DNA of 63,991 bases, counting the filler, from Rhabdomonas costata (lineage: Eukaryota): assembly GCA_019059605.1 (NCBI GenBank). It is 12 parts of 12 records of this genome, joined end to end, with 100 filler letters (N's around TTAATTAATTAA, not from the genome) between each part and the next. Parts side by side here need not be neighbours in the genome. Positions count along the whole stretch, not along the records: positions 59,460 to 63,991 come from JAHMHO010000212.1; 11 more parts are not named here. One strand, given 5' to 3'. Below, in pieces: positions 60,485-63,991 of this stretch; positions within the stretch are counted from its first letter, which is position 1; each line of letters starts with the position of its first letter. The position numbers were made by a program, and so were the translations under genes. The notes below the pieces were generated by a model, which was not told the origin of the DNA, did not search any database, and worked only from the letters and a program-made list of their open reading frames with translations.

Positions 60485-63400
60485 AGCTGAGTGCCATTCA
60501 AGGAACGTACTGCTTCTGGCTGGGTCGATGGGTTCCACACAACACGCAGAGGAGAGTCTGCTACTTGAAACTGGATATACCCCAGGGGCATGCTTCTACA
60601 CCCAGCGCGGCCTCTGATGCGCCGCTTGCCCTGAAGCTGGACTCCAGAACGTACACCTACGGCCTTACTGGCACTGTGATGGTTGAGCTGGAGCCCATCC
60701 TTGAGGAAAGCAAGCCTGGGCATTTTCTCCTCATGAACGTGTGTGGGTTGTCGGAAAAGCTGCAGTCTTGCTTCCGGTGACTCAATTGTTTGCTTGTCTT
60801 CTCGAACCGAAAAGAAGCTGTTGTCGCAAGTTGTTGGTTTGAAGTGTTTAAAGAGTACTGCTGCGAACCTTGGTTATCTTTGAAGGGTTGAGTTTGTGTC
60901 CGGTTGGTGCTGACCAAACGTCACAGCACGGTTTTGGAGGCGACAGCGATGACTGACAAGCAGATCTGTAGGTGATTTGGAAGTTTGGAAGTTACATCTT
61001 TAGGTGCCGGTGCCGACTTCCAGTATTGATATCTACTGTGTTGCCGTCTCCTTAGGTGCTCAGAGGAACTTCTGAGGAGCCATCTGTTTTTGTGCAGATT
61101 GATTCAGCATAGCGTTTTGCGCACCACATTCGGACCCTGGAAGCGCGCGTGAACGCGGGGGCCCATGAGGAATCTCAACTGAGGTCGCAGGAACCATCTT
61201 TGAGCCTGTGGGCTGAACTTAGGGGGTTTCGCTCGCGTGGGTGCCAGGTTCGTTGCAATTGTCCTTGAGAAGGTGCGGGAAGATTTGCCGAGCGTCATCC
61301 CTGGCTTCTTCCGATGTAGAACCCACTACCTAGCGATTGGGCTGGTGGTGTGTCCGTGGATTTTGCTTTGCCTGTGTTAGCCAGCACTGGTGGGGCGATC
61401 CTCCCTCCTCACCTTCTGCGATGCAGCTAAACTACGCGGGTCGTTGTGAGACGTACGACATTCGATGGCTGGACTATGCGGGGGATGACCCTGGACATTT
61501 GGTGTGGATGTCTCATCCATTCATAAGTTGTTTCGGCAGTGTGTCGTCGCTGAGTACCCAGCCTGAAGCTGCCCTGGAGAGTTGGAGAATTGTTGCATCA
61601 TCCTGTATTCACCCACATCTGTTGTTTGCTGTGTGTCGAGGCAGGGTGATCCTTCCTGCGGACATTAAAGAAACTGCATTTGCGCAACACAAAAAAACAT
61701 GCGCGCCCAACACACACCTCCATATTCATATGCAAGAGGCGGACGCGGAGGCAAGAGGCGCTCGCATTGCTCAGCACGCCATGCGATCAATGGACGCGTA
61801 AACACAGTAATGTGTGAAGTCCTCTTTCGCAGAGGTTTCCGGGGTCTGACTGATATGGCTTAGCTTGCGATCAACTTTTATGTGCGGCGGCCGCGCAACA
61901 GAATTTCTTAAGACTGCTTTTTGGTCATGCTAGTCACTTTTTTGTGGCCGTCTGGGCATCCTGTGCCATCAGATTTTTGAGCTGAGCAGTGCAAAGTGTG
62001 TTCTTGAGGACTTCGATGTGCTGAGTTTTGAGGTGCATCTTGAGGACTGCCCAAGGGGGCGGGTTATCCCCCGAGATTCTGCCTAGCCCGAGAAGAAGCG
62101 GTTATTCTTTCCAGCATGCTGTGGCAGGAAACATACCGAAGGAAACTCCTTCTTTCAAAGGTGTGGTGTGATCGAAATGACAGTTGCCCGATATTGTGGT
62201 GCACCGACCAAGGGACCCCTTGGGCGCACAAGGTCCACAAACGTAACCGTGCATTTAGCCTCCAACCGCGTAGCGGAGTTGGGTCAGAATGATCCTGTCT
62301 CACGGCCTGCGGCCTGCTGAAGTGTTGCTTTTCATGTTGGTGTTTCTGATGTAGGAATGGGATACTTATTTGTGACCAACGACAATTTTATTTTGGGCTT
62401 CAGGACGTTCTCGTTTTCTCTTCAACTGGGGTCATGGTGTATTTCTCCATAGCATTATGAATACAGCGGCTCGCAGCATCGCCACTGAGATCCACTGTGA
62501 CTGTGTTTCTGGGCGGGCGAAGCCGCTTGGGCAGATTTCTCATAACTGATCGCTCAAGGATGTGGAAGGACTTTGGACAGGCCCAATCAGTGTTTCCCTT
62601 TTAAACAGGAAGATGACCCTGGGAAGGATCTCCGGAGACTGCAGCCCGCACTGCAGGGGTGCTGCAGTGGGCTTCGGCCGGAAATCCGGTACAACATCGC
62701 CTGTGCTCTGGCCCGTCTGGGCCGCCACAAGGATGCCCTGCTCAGCGCCACGGGGGCAGTTTCCGAAGCCCCTTGGCTGCGAGGTATTTGCTTGTCTGGA
62801 TACACGGGTGGCACGGGTGAGACTAGAATCCTCGCCGTAATGATAGAGGCTTGAAAGGAGCGAGGCGAGGAGAATGCATCTGTGAGTGTGAGGAGGCGGT
62901 TTCGAAGGAAGCGTACATCCGTTTCAGCACGAGCACTACAAAGCAAACCAGACTCGAAATTCAGAACCAGAGTAGAAAGAGAATTTTTATCCTCAGATCA
63001 TGAGTCCTTCTCTACCATGGTCGTTCTAACCTGCAGATTCCATACCATTTTGGGGAACCAATGATTGGTGTGGTTCCTTTTTCAGCTGCGTTTCTGGCGG
63101 AACAAGATCATTCTCTCGACCCGCTGAAGGCGAAACTTAGCGTTCGTTCCCATGGAGCAGACCCCTGTGGAGATGAGACTGAGCGGACCAGCGAGAACAA
63201 ACAAACCTTTAGAAAGAGGCCTTCCTTGGAGCGGCTGAGCGTGTGCAGTGGCTGTCGGAAGCGCGTCAAGAGCATCGCGGGGACAGCGGGTGGTAATCAC
63301 ACTGACCGTGAATATCTGGTTGCCGCATCATATTTTCCCATAGTCCGGCACAGTCGCCTTTATTTGCTTCACTCAGCTTTTGGCGAAGTTTTTTTTTTCG

Positions 63401-63613
63401 GATTTCACGTCGTTAAGTGGTCTCTGGTCTCTGCTCGGGCGGATTACTTGGATTTTACGGTGAATGATATTAAAGACGCTCTAACACCACCCTTTTCCTC
63501 AGGTCGATCCCAGCAACTGTTGTCGCCTCTGGAGCCATGGTGAGGGAGCAGCAGCAGTTGACGTCAGTCTAATTTCTTCCCTGCCCAGCGTAGACTCGTA
63601 CAATGCGGATGAG
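60485..63613 (+). CDS. Multi-exon hypothetical protein with a TPR-like motif (partial)
   Basis: AG/GT-bounded exons, including EIRYNIACALARLGRHKDALLSA...APWLR followed by AFLAEQDHSLDPLK, a TPR pattern of the YNxAC...DxxLxPL type. Confidence 0.5.
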
Positions 63614-63991
63614 GTGCCCAGTGACTCCGACCTGCCGAACGGGTGGTTTTCCGCACTCCACGGTTCTTCCGCCTGGCCGTGGTTCCCATTGGGCTGCTTG
63701 CTGTTGTGTGTGTCTGTATGTGTGTCTGTGGGGCTGCTTGCTTTACCAACACTCACACACATACATACACACGCACAGAAAGATAGGGAGAGAGAAGAGA
63801 GAGAGAATTCCCCAGCTTCCCCAGCTGCGCGCTTCCCCCAGCTCTTCAGCGGGACCACCAGAGTCAGCAGCCCGTGCTGCCCACATAGCTAGACAGATAG
63901 AAGACAATAATGCGACGGCGAAGGCGACGAAAAAGATAGGATGGAAAGAGAATAATCCCGCGAGATGGGGTTTCAGACAGCGTTACCAAAC

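Noticed and set aside
1-63991. Hundreds of short six-frame ORFs; prokaryotic operons, rRNA, tRNA or CRISPR arrays
   Set aside because: The DNA is intron-rich eukaryotic sequence. Most ORFs are antisense shadows or microsatellite translations, and no RNA gene or repeat-spacer array was recognisable by eye.

Overview
This is not a continuous locus. It is 12 short eukaryotic contigs (about 4.5-6.1 kb each; the first and last are cut by the window edges) joined by artificial 100-nt linkers (N44-TTAATTAATTAA-N44), so no synteny can be inferred across linkers. The DNA comes from an intron-rich eukaryote (GC-rich exons, mostly GT-AG introns, many microsatellites), and most ORF-track entries are spurious or exon read-throughs. 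Genes reconstructed by hand from spliced exons: an 'HxKG...GNFWWAR' putative glycosyltransferase-like gene, an NT5C3/UMPH-1 nucleotidase with a possible mitochondrial presequence, a TRANK1-like UvrD/TPR helicase, a purple acid phosphatase, a phosphagen kinase fused to an N-terminal D/D (RIIa/DPY30-like) docking domain, and several hypothetical proteins. The standout feature is on contig 15993-22080 (minus strand): an intron-containing, divergent Helitron-like rolling-circle transposase. Its domain order is degenerate USP-like domain, HUH Rep, PIF1 helicase, C-terminal SLX1-like GIY-YIG endonuclease. It has a GA-AG intron and one frameshift. Also present: a decayed CRE-like non-LTR retrotransposon, a TIR/MITE-like element and a long fold-back hairpin. 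All family calls come from motif recognition by eye; no database search was run.
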